Source: Phoronis australis | Taxonomy: Eukaryota; Animalia; Phoronida | Assembly: GCA_002633005.1 (NCBI GenBank) | Contig: NMRA01000256.1 | Coordinates: 62,001-126,000, forward strand | DNA: 64,000 nucleotides | Direction of reading: 5' to 3' | In this document: positions 39,901-52,657 of the stretch, piece by piece | Layout of the letters: every line of letters begins with the position of its first letter | How positions within the stretch are numbered: position 1 is the stretch's first letter | The notes under the pieces: model-generated | Seen by the model: only the letters and a program-made list of their open reading frames with translations | Told to the model about the DNA's origin: nothing | Database searches by the model: none | Made by a program: the position numbers and the translations under genes

Positions 39901-42900
39901 AGCTGATTCTGAGTCAGTGATTTCTGTGAAATAAATTGTGAGCCAGACTAAACAAAGATTCAGTTCACTTTACCTGCTGTCATTCCATCTTGAGTGTGGG
40001 GAAAACTAATGATTTTATGATTGAATTAAAGCATCAACAACGATTATTAGTGTGCTTATTTCATTAGTTATACACAGTTTGAGCTTGTGTGCTTATTTCC
40101 ATGAAAAATACATCGTCCTCAAGCCTGAATGACAAGATTTTCTGCAAATTATGCTTAAAGCTGGCTGAATTGTGACTGTATCATATGTACCTTTTGAGAT
40201 GAAACCTTTGGAGGCAGTTGGAGTCTTTATATCTTTCCAACTTGAACAAATGCTCCTGCAATCAGCATTTTTTAGTTTTTCATTCAGCGTGCTCGAGGTC
40301 AAACAGAAACGTATAACGGGTTATGGGGCTGTCACCCACCTGCCAGGCATGCCAAGAGGAGACCGCACAGACAGGGGAACCTATCAGCTTTACCTGAATT
40401 ATTGAAACCATACTCCATACTTAAAGCAGTCGGTAGCTAGGACAACCCGAGATCATGAACTTAATCTAATAGCCTTCATTTCCTGTTGTGTAGTTCACCA
40501 AAGATGGGAAGCGGACTCGTCTGATTCCGTCACTAGATGGCGGTCTGTATAGGTTTAATGGCGAATCCGTAGAGGCTATTCCGTACAGTGCGGAGAAACT
40601 GTTGAGTTCCTCATTCGTGCTAGATGATGCCATCACCATTGTTGGTGGCAAGGAGATAAAAAGCTATGGTGTGGACGCAAAGACTGGCCGAGTAAGTGAA
40701 TAATGTGAAGTCAATATAGGAGGACTTTGTGTTGTTTTTGGTTGTGTTAGTCTTTGTGTTTAGTATATAATTAGATACTTATTTCATATCTTTTACAAAT
40801 TCATTTCCAGTCAAACATTTCAGCTTGAACTAGTTTGGTTTCTTGTGTCGAATGCATGGTTCCCGAACATAAGACATCTGAGAATCCTGGAAGGTGACGA
40901 GAAATGGCTAACATGCACGAAAAATTCATGGAAAATGAAAGAAAGCTAAAATCTCGTGAGTCTACCTCTTAATACAGTGGTCAAGATGTGTGAACACTCT
41001 ATTCAGAGGTTAGATAGTGCACCCTCACCCTCTTTGGGTTACATGGTAATGCCACCGTGTTGTCAGGTCATTTTTCATGTCAGTAAGCTTTGACTCGAGA
41101 GTACTGATTGGAAGCTTGTGTCTTACATTCCTGTTGTGTCTACCATAGGTTCATTACGTGTGTGGCATTGACAGTGGGGAATGTGATATGTGCGGAGACC
41201 AGGAAATATTGGACTCCGATGACATCATCGTGGTCAAGCGATGGACACAGACTGTGCGTGCTAAGGAGATGAGGTCAGGCTATGAAAAGTAAGTGTTGCA
41301 TCTTTGTAGTTAAAAGGGTCAAATTTTTATGAGTTTTATTTTCAGTACAAATTACTTGTATGACGAAATTAAGTTATCTCAGCCTTTATTTATGTAAATG
41401 ATGAAATATCGATTTTCTGCCATTTTGTGTTCTGAATTGAAGAGCTCGCAAACATTTTTAATTCTGGTCTACACGCCACCTGTTGGCCCGATTACGTGAC
41501 CAAGTGAGTATAAGTGTGAAAAGGTTTGTGCCCCGATCCCCGATGGAAATTGGAACCCAGGACTTCTGCTAACTTTGCAGACGCTCCAGTCCACTAAGCC
41601 ATCAGAACCACCGGTCAAACACAGAGATTCAGTCAGACTTTGTGGGCATCCTGCTCTTGAACTTCTGAGCATATATGAATACGTTTGCCATCTATGTTTT
41701 CACTAAGTGTGTTTGGATTTCTGTGTTCCGCTGGTGGTCCCGATGGCTCTGCACGGTTAGCTGAAGGTCCCTGGTTCGAGTTGCAGTCGGGGCAGACTTA
41801 TATTCATTAGGCCACGTGATTGTACCTACAGGTGGTTTGCAGACCTGACTTGAGAATGTTTTACTTTGTGATTTATGTTGATTTTCCACACCAGAATATG
41901 ATTACATATTCATGTAAACTGAAGAGTACCACAAAGATACATTTTGTCTCGGTGTTTTCATGTGTTGAATATTTAATCGAGTCCATTGTTTCTTATGGAA
42001 GTCCAGGAAAGTAATTTGAAAGTAATTTATGTGTAGTTGTTTTTTGCCTTTGATAAAGTCATTTTCATGGAAATGGTGTAGTTAAGTAGTGTCAGGTTTG
42101 CTCATTGATTGAAGGTGATGCTGTTAAAGGTGTCTACTGTTATGCTGATCTGCTGTGCTTGGCCATGATTTTAGATGGAACTTTAGTGTGGGTCAGCTGG
42201 ACCTTACATTCTTACCAGGGACACATGAGGGACCTGTCATGTCGGATGACGAGGATGTCATCGTGGAAACCTGCATTAATTCAGGTATGCTCAATTTTGC
42301 GCCACATCCACACGCTAATCACAAGGAATGTATATTGTACTTTGAGTTGCCTATGGTTTACTGTAGGTAAAGGGACCTTATGTTGAGTTATTTTGACCAG
42401 GTGTCGCTAGTGTTGAGACATAGAGCTTCCAGCCAGCATTGAGATACTAATATCCTACGCATCTTAGTTTAAACAAAGATGGGTATTTGCCTTGTTTTTC
42501 TCCATTAAATTGTCCAGACATTGTTGCGCTGTCCAGGTGTTAGCAGGCAGGTAGAAGTTATTCTGTGCTCGGAATCATAATTTCTCGGGCTGAACCTCAA
42601 AAATGTTACTATAAATACTAGAATCATGCCATGTGTTTGGACCCAAACGGACTGTTGACTGGACATTCAAGGTGTGCCCAGGTCACTTGCCGCTTTCAAA
42701 CTATTTTAAAGTATGAATATGGCCACTGGGTTGTTTCTCTGCGTTGTCCTTGAATTCACCAGGTAGTGCTATTGAAACGACGTTCATTTCTGTGAAATTC
42801 TACGACCGCTGTAGTGATGAACAGCTTTCTGTTCTTGGTTTGCTTCATGTATTAAGTAGAAGACCTTTTCTTTGCTAGTGCCACCTGGTGAATAGTTAGT

Positions 42901-45900
42901 GGCCCATCAGTGCGCTTAACACTAACTTTAAAATACTATAATGCTAACACAAGGAACAATGTATTTATGGCCCAAAGAGAGTAGAATATCACTGATTTTC
43001 TTGCATGAAACTTGGTCTACGGAACATTCTCCACCTGTTTGTCTCATATTGCTTGTCACCCATCATCATCGATGGATTTTATAATTGACAGAGGACGAGT
43101 TCATTATTGACAGCCAAGGGGTGGACTCGGACGATATCAAAGTCTCGGTGGCAGCTGGGGTTGTGGCTAGAGTTCACGCCAAGGACAAGTCGCGCATTCT
43201 CTGGCAGTACAAGGTATTCTGTTCTGTTATGTTATTCTCACATCAGTAGTGGAGAGAGATTGCTGCGTCAGATAATTTCAGAAATAACATATTGGAATAA
43301 AACATGAATTATCTAAAATCTTGAACTTTGAAAATAGATTAACCTGAAAGATTCGGCTCAGAAATTTGAAGCCTACCCAAAGTGAAAGTTAATCAAACTT
43401 AAGGTTGACTAGTACTTTTTATTAAATGCAGATGTAATATTAATTTGTAATGTTCGAGTTGCCTTAATAGAATATATCAGCTTGGTGTTGCAATTAATGA
43501 AAGATGCTTTAATTAGTATGTAGCACTGATGTATTGAAACCTGTCCCTTCAGTTTATGCTTGTTTAAGTGGTAGAGGAATGATAGAGCACTTCTAGGCAC
43601 AAAATCACTTGCTTGTCTTGAGGTTATGGATTACCTTACCGATAAGTCTGTGCACTTATCACATTATCTACAAATTAGTTTATACATTTACCGCGGAAAT
43701 TTGACAGCTTGCCTTCATACCAATCGCGTGAACTTGTCTGTTAGTAAAATTCATCAAAAAATAAAGATACATTAGCAAAACAGTGGTGTCGTATAAGATG
43801 ACCAAAGATGAAGTCTCAAAAACGTAACAGTTTTTTAAATTATCATTACATTTTTCACTTTTGATTATTTTCATAAAAACACAACAGTCTTATTGTTTGA
43901 TAGCTCCTCATACGACATTGCAACACTTTAAAAACACTTCCTACCAGAGTCTTAGAGAACTTTGTATAAAGCACAGTATCTGAAAGTTTCATTTGATTCT
44001 GATCTGCCATTTCCGAGGTACGGTGCTTATTATAAGCACTGTACAAATTATGAAGTGTTTGTCACGTAATAACCTTAAAGGCAAGACATAGTTGTCATGC
44101 TGTAGGCAAAGCGGTGTGCCACCACACAATTAACCCTCTCCATTCCAGTTTGCAAGCCCAGTGGCAAACGTCTGGCTACTTCAAGATGGTGTTCTAGAGC
44201 AGCTCAACCTGTTTGACAATCGACACATTCCTTCGCTGGACCACGAGAAAATCTCCATGGATGGCCTTCCCGGTCCACTTATGTATATTGGTAGGACACC
44301 TTTAGTATACTTCATTGATTAGATGGTTGTTTTCGTAAAAATGTGGGTCTCTTTTGGAACTTAGTTAACTAAACGTCTATGGGGCTAATGTTGTCAAGTG
44401 TAAGCAATTTTTGTGTAAATGTTCAACTGATAACGCTGTCATTTATTGAAAACTTGTAGTTTGATTGGTTGTACTTTTGGTATTGTCAGTACATTAGAGC
44501 CTGCTTAATGTCATACCCTTGGTATCGACGTCAATAATTCTAATAAGCGTGATATTCCATTGATTGGTTCCGATGCGGCTGTTATCGTAATCACTTCTAT
44601 AGCTAATCATGCTAAATGGAGAGTCAGAGTCACACAGGTTAACAAGAAATTACGAAATTCCCCGACCTCGTGATCCGATGAAGCAAATGAATATAAGATG
44701 GATTAGGATAGTCTTCAGACAGAAAAGCAAAGATAAACAATGCCCTGCTAATAAGCAGGTGGGAATCAATGTTAAATTTTTGATAACAATATGAGAACAT
44801 TATGATAAAAGATGATGTAATGCTGGTTACTTTGCATGGATTTAATAGGAAGTGTTACGATTGTTTACATTTCATTATAATAACGGGGATATTTTTGTAT
44901 GCGGTATGACATTAAGTTGGCTCCACCGTACTATACTGACATGTGATAAGTAGCATTGTGTTGTATGTAAGCTCTTCAAATCACAAAGTTAGCATTGATG
45001 TGTTGATGTTTGAAGTAATGTTCACCAAGTTATGGTATAACCCAGATGCTAACCAAAATAAGGAAATTTTCATTTTAAAAAAATCCAAATACTAAAAATT
45101 TTTGCCCTGAAGTGTCACAGATTCTTGACGAGAAGACGTTTAAATTGTCTGCCGGATATATTTGTTTCAAACTAGGCTGTGTCCATTAGAATATATTATT
45201 TGTATTTGGTGTGACATCTACGTTTCCTGTTTGTTTAGGTGTGCATCACAAGCAGTTGTATGTTCAACCTTCCACACAGCTGTCTCAGGACGTTCATGCT
45301 TCAGTCGAGCAGAGTGGCGTCGTCTCGGCACCAAAAGTCAAGTGGCGCCCCTATTTGGCCACAGGTGAACCCGATGTCTTTGGTCATTTCCTTGTCTATC
45401 CTAAATAGATAGCGGGTTAAAATGATACTGTTTTGTCCATTCTTTTCCACACAATTTACATCATCACTGTGGTAAAACTAGAGGATTTTTGGGAGACTTA
45501 GATAACAATCTTGTTTCGATTCACTTTTCTTCAACGGCACAATCAAAGTTGCCTAATATACATGTTGCTTTCAGTTAGGAGACTAAATATGCTAACCTTC
45601 AAGGTTATTATAATTGAGAAATGAGTCTCCAATGAAAATTCAGATATTACCACTTACAATGCCTTTCTAATTATAAAACAGCTGCTATAAAAACAAAGAA
45701 AGTGAATTATTGTGAACTGTAACCTGGTTTCATATTGTAGCTCCTTCCCGTACACCGTGGCTGAGTGAACAGTGCAACATCCCTGGTGCTAAGGCTGAAG
45801 AAACTGGCCTCACCATGTGGAACTACCCATACGGTAGGAGCATCTTGTATGCTTATTGTCACTACATTGCTGTTCGCAGTCATGATTTCTTTCAGAGAAA

Positions 45901-48900
45901 AAAAATTGTAAGCAAGGTTCTTCAGCTTTCACAAAAGAGCCTATGGTTTGACCGAAAGGGTACTAAACTTGTCAACAATTATTTTTCTTGCCCACACGCT
46001 TTCAGAATCTTTAAATTTTGCGTTCAATAAAAGTTTTCTTTACTCCCAAAAGCAACGATTCCATGGCAAATAAAACGTTAACAAAATACAAGGAATATTT
46101 CCACATGATAGGTTTTATATTTCATTTTTACAAAACTATGTGTTTGAACTTAAGGTTTGTTGTTACAATCATAATTATGTAACCCTTGAAATGGGAATAC
46201 TGTGTTCACTAAATTTCATTTTTACAGACAATGGGTTTTATCTCTTCTCGGACAACTGTCGTCAGAACCAGTCTCCAACGGTCACCATCAGAGGTCCTTA
46301 CAACACAAACACTGATGATTACACATTCCAAGAAGTTATTCCCATCACGCTGTGGAACTGGTGGTATGTAAACTCCGGGATTTCTGTCGACTTTTCCACA
46401 GTTCTGTGCACTCTTAACTTTTCATGGTTTTCTTTGTACCTGTGATTCCACAGCCTTTAATCGCTGACAGGAAAAAAGATTGGCACCTAAGGCTATTAGT
46501 GGCATGCCTTGCTAAAAACTGTTGATGATAATCTTTTGATTTTAATCTCTCTCAAGTTTCAAAGTAAACTAACTCTTCTCCATCTATAGTAGTTAACACT
46601 CCAAAGCTTAGCTCACCTTATGGTGTTAATTGTAAATTTCTGTTCATCTGCTTATTCCAAATTATTCCGTAGATTCTTATTATGTTGCTGCATTTCACAA
46701 TATGACGCATTGTTACAGGCGGGAAATTCTGGCCATAGTCTTCATCACTGTGTTCGCCACTCTCTTCCTGTCATCGCGCATGATCAAGCATGTCTATCGC
46801 CATAGATACATGGCCATTGCTATGACAAATAAGTCTGCAGAAAAGAGCCAGAGCAACAAGAGTGGAGAGGAGAATGCTGTTATTGAAACCATGGCGACAC
46901 TTGCTGAACACTTGCCAAATGTTGTAGAATATTCTTCTCGGTAGGTGTTGCCTGTTGAATGTTGTATTTTCAAAAACTGTGTTTTGGAAATTCATATCGC
47001 TTTGGAAACACACTGCCAAAGGAAGCATTCAGTGTAGACTTGTTGTGTATGAACTTCACTGAAATGATCTGAAATTTCAGTAGAGTGGACCGTTTTGGTG
47101 AAAGAGAAAGTGGCATTTTGAGAAAATTTGGAGAGTGAATGACTACATGAAGAAGATGAAGATGATATGATAAATTTAATTTGACATTTTTGAATTTATA
47201 AACATCTGTGAACCTTGGCATTTTGTTCATTGAAATATTTCAGTTATGGCTGCTAAATAAAATGTTGGCACAAGTTGATTCTCTTTGATTCGTAATTAGT
47301 CATTAGAGGTGAAAAAAGATATGCTGAATAATGAAAGTGACTGATTGATATTAATAATAATTGTGAGTACATGAAACATACGTTTCTTTTCTGGTTCCGG
47401 TGACAAACAAGTTTTGTGTTTTACAGGTATTATAGTGACTTTGAGCAAGTTCAGTGTCTCGGCCGAGGAGGGTTTGGTGTGGTTTTTGAAGCTAAAAATA
47501 AGTTAGATGACTGCAACTATGCCATCAAGCGCATTTCCCTCCCAAACAGGTGGGTGCAGTTGACATTTTTTCATGTCTGTCTTTTCAAAGTTGTTTTCTT
47601 AATTGCAATATTAACGTAGTGGAAATCAAGTGTCAAGTGAATTATTGGTCTCTGACCTGATGGCACGTTTTCCTCAAAATCCAACTAACATTTTGTTGAT
47701 GACATGAGGGTGATTTTTAGTTGGGACCATTGCCACTAAAGTCACCATAATGGATCAAATTGAATTAAACTATAACCAACCACTAACTTTTGAACCTAAC
47801 TATGTTCCAACTATGGTGTGGACTAGCACTTGCTCTATGGTCTGTATCAACCAGGTGGCGCTCATGTGCTTGCTTCATTGCCTCTTCAGTATTCAAGTGA
47901 AAAGAATCGATGCATGCTCTTTTGTTTGCTGAACTCACTACGTTCCTCTGTAGGCCTGAGTCTAAAGAGAAAGTGATGAGGGAGGTGAAGGCACTTGCCA
48001 AACTAGACCACGTCAATATTGTGCGTTACTTCCAGTCGTGGATTGAGCAGCCCCCTATTGGCTGGCAGGAGGACCGAGACCAACAGTGGGACGACAGGTG
48101 AGTCTGCCATGGTGACAAGGGATAGGGATTGAATGGTTTCATTGCTTTTGCCGATGTTTTGGAAATCTGTGTTTACTTCATTTTTTTCTTGTAACAAGGA
48201 AAGAAAAGTGATTAGATTTTGCCAAGAACATAAATCTTCTTTTGCTATGTGAAATAGTTGTAAAATGTTGTTTAAAACTTTCGATTTTGGCTGCTAACCA
48301 TTATAAGAATGGTCTTGTTTTATTCTTTACTTAGTTTAGAAATGATCTCTGCTTGGCACAGGAAACAACTCACAATTTGTAATTCACTCTAGGCTCAACA
48401 AGTTTCAGGTCGCAGTGAGAATGTTTTAGTTGGACTTGAAAGTTCGAGATACTTAAACGTTGTATTTGTCTAGAAGGTGAATTATTGTAACCAAGTTCAC
48501 TTCTGGCATGCCGCAAGAAGGAAGTAATGCCATTCTGGAACCGTAAATGTGCTTGAGAAACAGTGTGAGAGTACTGTTATTTTGGACACGTGAACATTGT
48601 TTAAAGCCGCACAATGACATTGTGCTGTTCTTTTTAAAGCCAACAACGTTGGAAATTAAGAATCTTGCGTAAACGTGATTTGCTTTATGAAAGACGAGAT
48701 GTAGCAGTATTTCGCAGATGTCCTTTCATGTTAATTGCAAGCACTCTTCCACGCTGGAACATCAAATGCATTCATTTGAAAATTAAAGGTGGAGATTTAC
48801 TTAATATGCTTAGATGTATGTTTTGGCATAGTTTCAGTGGGTCAAATATGGCAAACTTCATAGTAAGTAAAGAAATAGAGAATAAAATGGTTTATTTAGC

Positions 48901-51900
48901 CAAAAATAACCCTATGACTCGTGAGCTATATATATTCATTCTGTTCTGACCACAGTATAACCATAATAACAGGAAATGTTGTCCCAAAGGAGTAGCTGTA
49001 TTACCTATTATACAACGCTGACTATAAGCTAGATCTCCCTGAAGTGCATTTCACTTAGTGGAGGTTGCCTGTGTTGGAAGTGATGGTTGTTTGTATGTTT
49101 TCTAAACTCAAATGTTTTTTCAGTGAGGGTCTTACCCCTACTCCTTGTAACTCAGTGCAAGGAGCACCGGACTCGGAGGACCTTGCTGCCATGGCGCCGG
49201 AAAATATGACAAGTTGTTCTGATGCACAAAGTAAAGGTGATTTCGTGCACACTCAACCCAGAAACGCTCATAAATCGCGCAACAGTGACTTAAGCCAAAC
49301 GAACAATGACTCATTCGATATCCAGTTTGTCGATTCAGACAACGAGGAAACTGAGAGTGGATCAAATAATAACAATCTGCCTTTCCAGAGTTACTGTGAT
49401 GAATTGCGCAATGATATGGATGCTAACAATCATCTACTTTTAGAGGAGAGCTTGAAGAAAAATAGGAACTATGATAGCACAGGCTCGTTCAACATCGTCT
49501 TTGAGAAATCTTATGGCGGGGCTGACAAAAGCAGCAATGCCGACTCAGTCATTTGTGAGGAGCACTTGGAGGATCTCACCAATGACAGTCGAGAGTCGGT
49601 CAATCTCAGTATAAGTCCTAAATCCTTTTCCGTGTCTTCTCATGGGCGTCGCAGATTTCCCCGGAGGAATTCGGACAGCGAGCCAAATCTACCGTTGGTC
49701 GCTGGGAGACTGTGGAAGACATCGCCTGGCAATACCTTGGAAGATTTCGACGAATCCCTGTCTGTTTTAACTCGGAACACGAGGTCAGATGACGTGGGCG
49801 ATAAACGTCGCGGTAACCGGGACAAGCGACTTTTCCTTTACATTCAAATGCAACTGTGTCGGCGTGAGAGTCTGAAAGATTGGCTGAATGCCAATACTTT
49901 GAGACGGGATAGGGGGAACTGTCTGGACATCTTTGACCAGATTGTCAGTGCCATGGAGTACGTGCATGACTCTGGCCTGATGCACAGGGACCTCAAGGTA
50001 GGGAAATAAAGTCTATTGGGTTGTTGTACTGCGGCCGCACTTTGTTAAATAGGTGAACTTGTGGTCCCCAACACAAAACTATTGTTTATACTTGCGTCTC
50101 GCCCACATGCATGTCTAACACGATCCTCTTATTGGCATTAATTAAATAATTATAATAAATAATTATAATGAATAATTATAATGAATAATTATAAAAAATA
50201 ATTATAATGAATAATTATAATGAATAAATATAATGTTGCTATTGAATAGAAGTGTTTTCTTCTTGCTATCAAAGGATGTTAACTTTTCACTGGGGTGGGC
50301 CAGTGTACAAACTGTTTGTTGCGAGGAATCAAAGAACCAGAAATCTTGACAAAAAGTTATGACTTTTCAGCTTGTTTTGAAGTAGTGCATGATGTGATGT
50401 GTTCATTTTACTAACAATGGAATGAAGTGTGTCGAGGGGCACATCTTAAGTGTAAACAATCCTTAGCATGAAAAATATGTTGTATAAAGCAAGTTATCAA
50501 TGCAGGGGCACAATTCAAAAACATGATGACTTCAAAGTTCCTGTTTCACTTAAATTCTCAACACCAGTTTACACTGGTTTTATTAGTTCTGTCAGATTGT
50601 ACATTCAATGTCCTCTCTGGAACAATGGTATTGTTGCAACCAAATGAAATGATTCATTTTTACTTTAAATGTTACTGTTTATTGTCATTGGCTTTTCTGT
50701 TAAGTAAACACTTATTGTTTCATATCTGATTTCTCTTCCTTCAGCCTTCCAACATTTTCTTCTCAATGGACGGCATCATCAAAATTGGCGATTTTGGCCT
50801 GGTCACTGCCATGGCGGAATATGACGACGGTCGGCATAAGTCGTCACATCGCAGCCGCAACAGCAAACACACGGACCAAGTAGGCACACAACTATACATG
50901 AGCCCAGAACAGGTGAGCCCAAATATTCTTTTTAAAAACAAAATGTTATTTTGGTTGGCCTTGTGAATATTTCCTGGGAGTTGCGTGATGAATACAGTAG
51001 CGTTGTGTTGAAGAGGGTGTGAAACATTGGTTAGTGTGACATTCATTTCAGCTTTTCTGTTAATATTTGTTGAATTAGGAAAAATCTTGCCATTTGGGAT
51101 CATTTGAGAAACTCATCCCAGAATGCATCTTCTGATGTTTTGTTCAAAGATTTTTAAAATTCTAACAGTTAAACGTCCAGATAGTTGTGGTTGGGGACGC
51201 CATTCTCACCCCGTGGATTTGGGTTGCGAGTAGTGAGGTCAGAGGTCGTGCGCGCTGTGTTAAAGGTCAACTTTTTGTCTTTTGTTGCAGATCGCTGGCA
51301 AGCCCTACAACTACAAGGTAGACATCTTTGCCATGGGCCTTATCTTCTTTGAACTTGTCTACCCATTCAGCACACAGATGGAACGCGTGACCACCTTGGT
51401 GGATGTGCGGAGAAATGCTTTCCCTCAGAGATTCCGCCGTGAACTGCCTACCGAGGTATCATGACTGTCTCATTATCACTAATTGATGTCTCGAGTTATT
51501 TTAGTATCAATGGTTTACTTTGATTTCAAAATATTTTACCACATGAGCTACTTAGACTATAATTATTATTATGGATATTGAGCAGAGGACTCTTGTATTT
51601 GCAGACTGCTTTTTGTACTAATGTTGGCCTACCTGAACCTTGATCTTGATCAGTTTATGATTCCTGTTCCGCTTCAGGTGTTACCTGAAATTAAACCGTA
51701 AAGAAATCCACAAATCTTGTCCCTGGCAGTTCATTGGATTCACTCATTTCAGTGTAAGTTCGTCGCACACCTCCTCGCTCACAATCCCAATGACAGGCCA
51801 GACATCAGCAACATCCAGGACAGTGAGTTACTTCGGAACTACGAGCCACCAAAACCAGTCAAGAAGCACAGAACACGTACAAAGTCCAGTTCTAGTACAT

Positions 51901-51902
51901 AG
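33925..51902 (+). CDS. EIF2AK3: Eukaryotic translation initiation factor 2-alpha kinase 3 (PERK), 17 coding exons, ~1079 aa
   Basis: Exons: 33925-34118, 39407-39539, 40494-40691, 41149-41288, 42175-42284, 43092-43213, 44149-44290, 45239-45364, 45741-45833, 46228-46363, 46719-46940, 47427-47549, 47954-48097, 49124-49997, 50745-50912, 51291-51455, 51753-51902 (3240 nt including TAG, all phases consistent). N-terminal hydrophobic signal; IRE1/PERK luminal motifs ([39 protein letters not shown]); TM segment after WNWWREI; kinase [15 protein letters not shown], long acidic/Ser insert, [32 protein letters not shown]. Confidence 0.96.
35438..35507. repeat. ~21-bp degenerate tandem repeat (GCCAAACTCTCC..CTGA) x3.5
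   Basis: Seen directly in PERK intron 1. Confidence 0.75.
36903..37307. mobile_element. PIF/Harbinger-type MITE
   Basis: Imperfect TIR AGTCCCGTTTAGAC / GTGTAAACAGCACT; 3-bp TAT on both flanks. Confidence 0.6.
41468..41845. mobile_element. Head-to-head inverted pair of tRNA-derived SINE-like sequences in PERK intron 4
   Basis: The minus copy (~41468-41640) has A box TGGCTTAGTGG, stem TCTGC/GCAGA around a 7-nt loop with central AGT, and B box GGTTCCAATT. The plus copy (~41705-41845) has GGTTCGAGTT and aligns to the reverse complement of the first along its length. Confidence 0.7.
50143..50235. repeat. AT-rich 13-bp minisatellite (ATAATTATAATGA)n
   Basis: Seen directly in PERK intron 14. Confidence 0.85.
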
Positions 51903-52651
51903 CACACAAAGGAGGGGGGTTTGGTGATGTAGTTTTTTGAAAAAGTGACCCTTGGTATTTCTTCTGGGCTGGACATGATCAAAATTCACAACTTGAAAAT
52001 TGATTAAATTCTTCACAGTCTGTAATAGTTTGCTGCGAATTGTTTTCCGCTGGTCGTGTTTTGCGCAGTGCTGTAAGCAGAGGGTTAGAACCTTGCTATA
52101 TCTCATACATGGTTGTCTGTTTCGTACAGTTTGTGATCAAGTTTGAATGTACTAGGTATTTTCCATTTTTGTTTGGCCTGATTTGCACCATTATTTGTAT
52201 GGAACTGGCTCAACAACTTAAAGAAAATCAGTTTTTAAAAAGTGTGTTCTGTGGCTTCTGTAGATATCTCAAAGGCTTGTCATATCCCATTAACATGCAG
52301 CTGAGGTGGAAAGCTAGGGGTACATGTAGGGGTTAGTACAATGGAGAATCATGTGGCAAGCAACACAAATGAAATGTGAGCTGATGTCTCAAATTTGTGA
52401 ATAAGAATCTGAACATTAAGAAAATCCGTGAATGTCACCCTTAATTCGTGAATTATTGATGCAAGTTTTAGGAGTGGAGCAGTGCTACTATGCCGTTAGA
52501 CAAAATGGCGTCACTGAATTTGGTGATAATGGTTTAAAATGACTGAGTCTGATTTCATTGTATTTTCATTTCTGTTATGTTGTATATAGACATTGTGCAT
52601 AATTGTTACAATTGTTAAGACTTGTTGTAAATATTTTATTTTTTAGTCAGA

Positions 52652-52657
52652 AATAAA
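52652..52657 (+). terminator. Candidate polyadenylation signal of PERK
   Basis: AATAAA 750 nt after the stop, with U-rich sequence upstream and a T/GT-rich tract downstream. Confidence 0.5.

Noticed and set aside
41540-41615. Functional tRNA gene
   Set aside because: Anticodon loop and T-arm are degenerate, and it is embedded in a longer repeated unit; treated as SINE-like.
51900-51926. Stop-codon readthrough of PERK (TAG CAC)
   Set aside because: Weak context and only 7 further codons before TGA; no supporting evidence.
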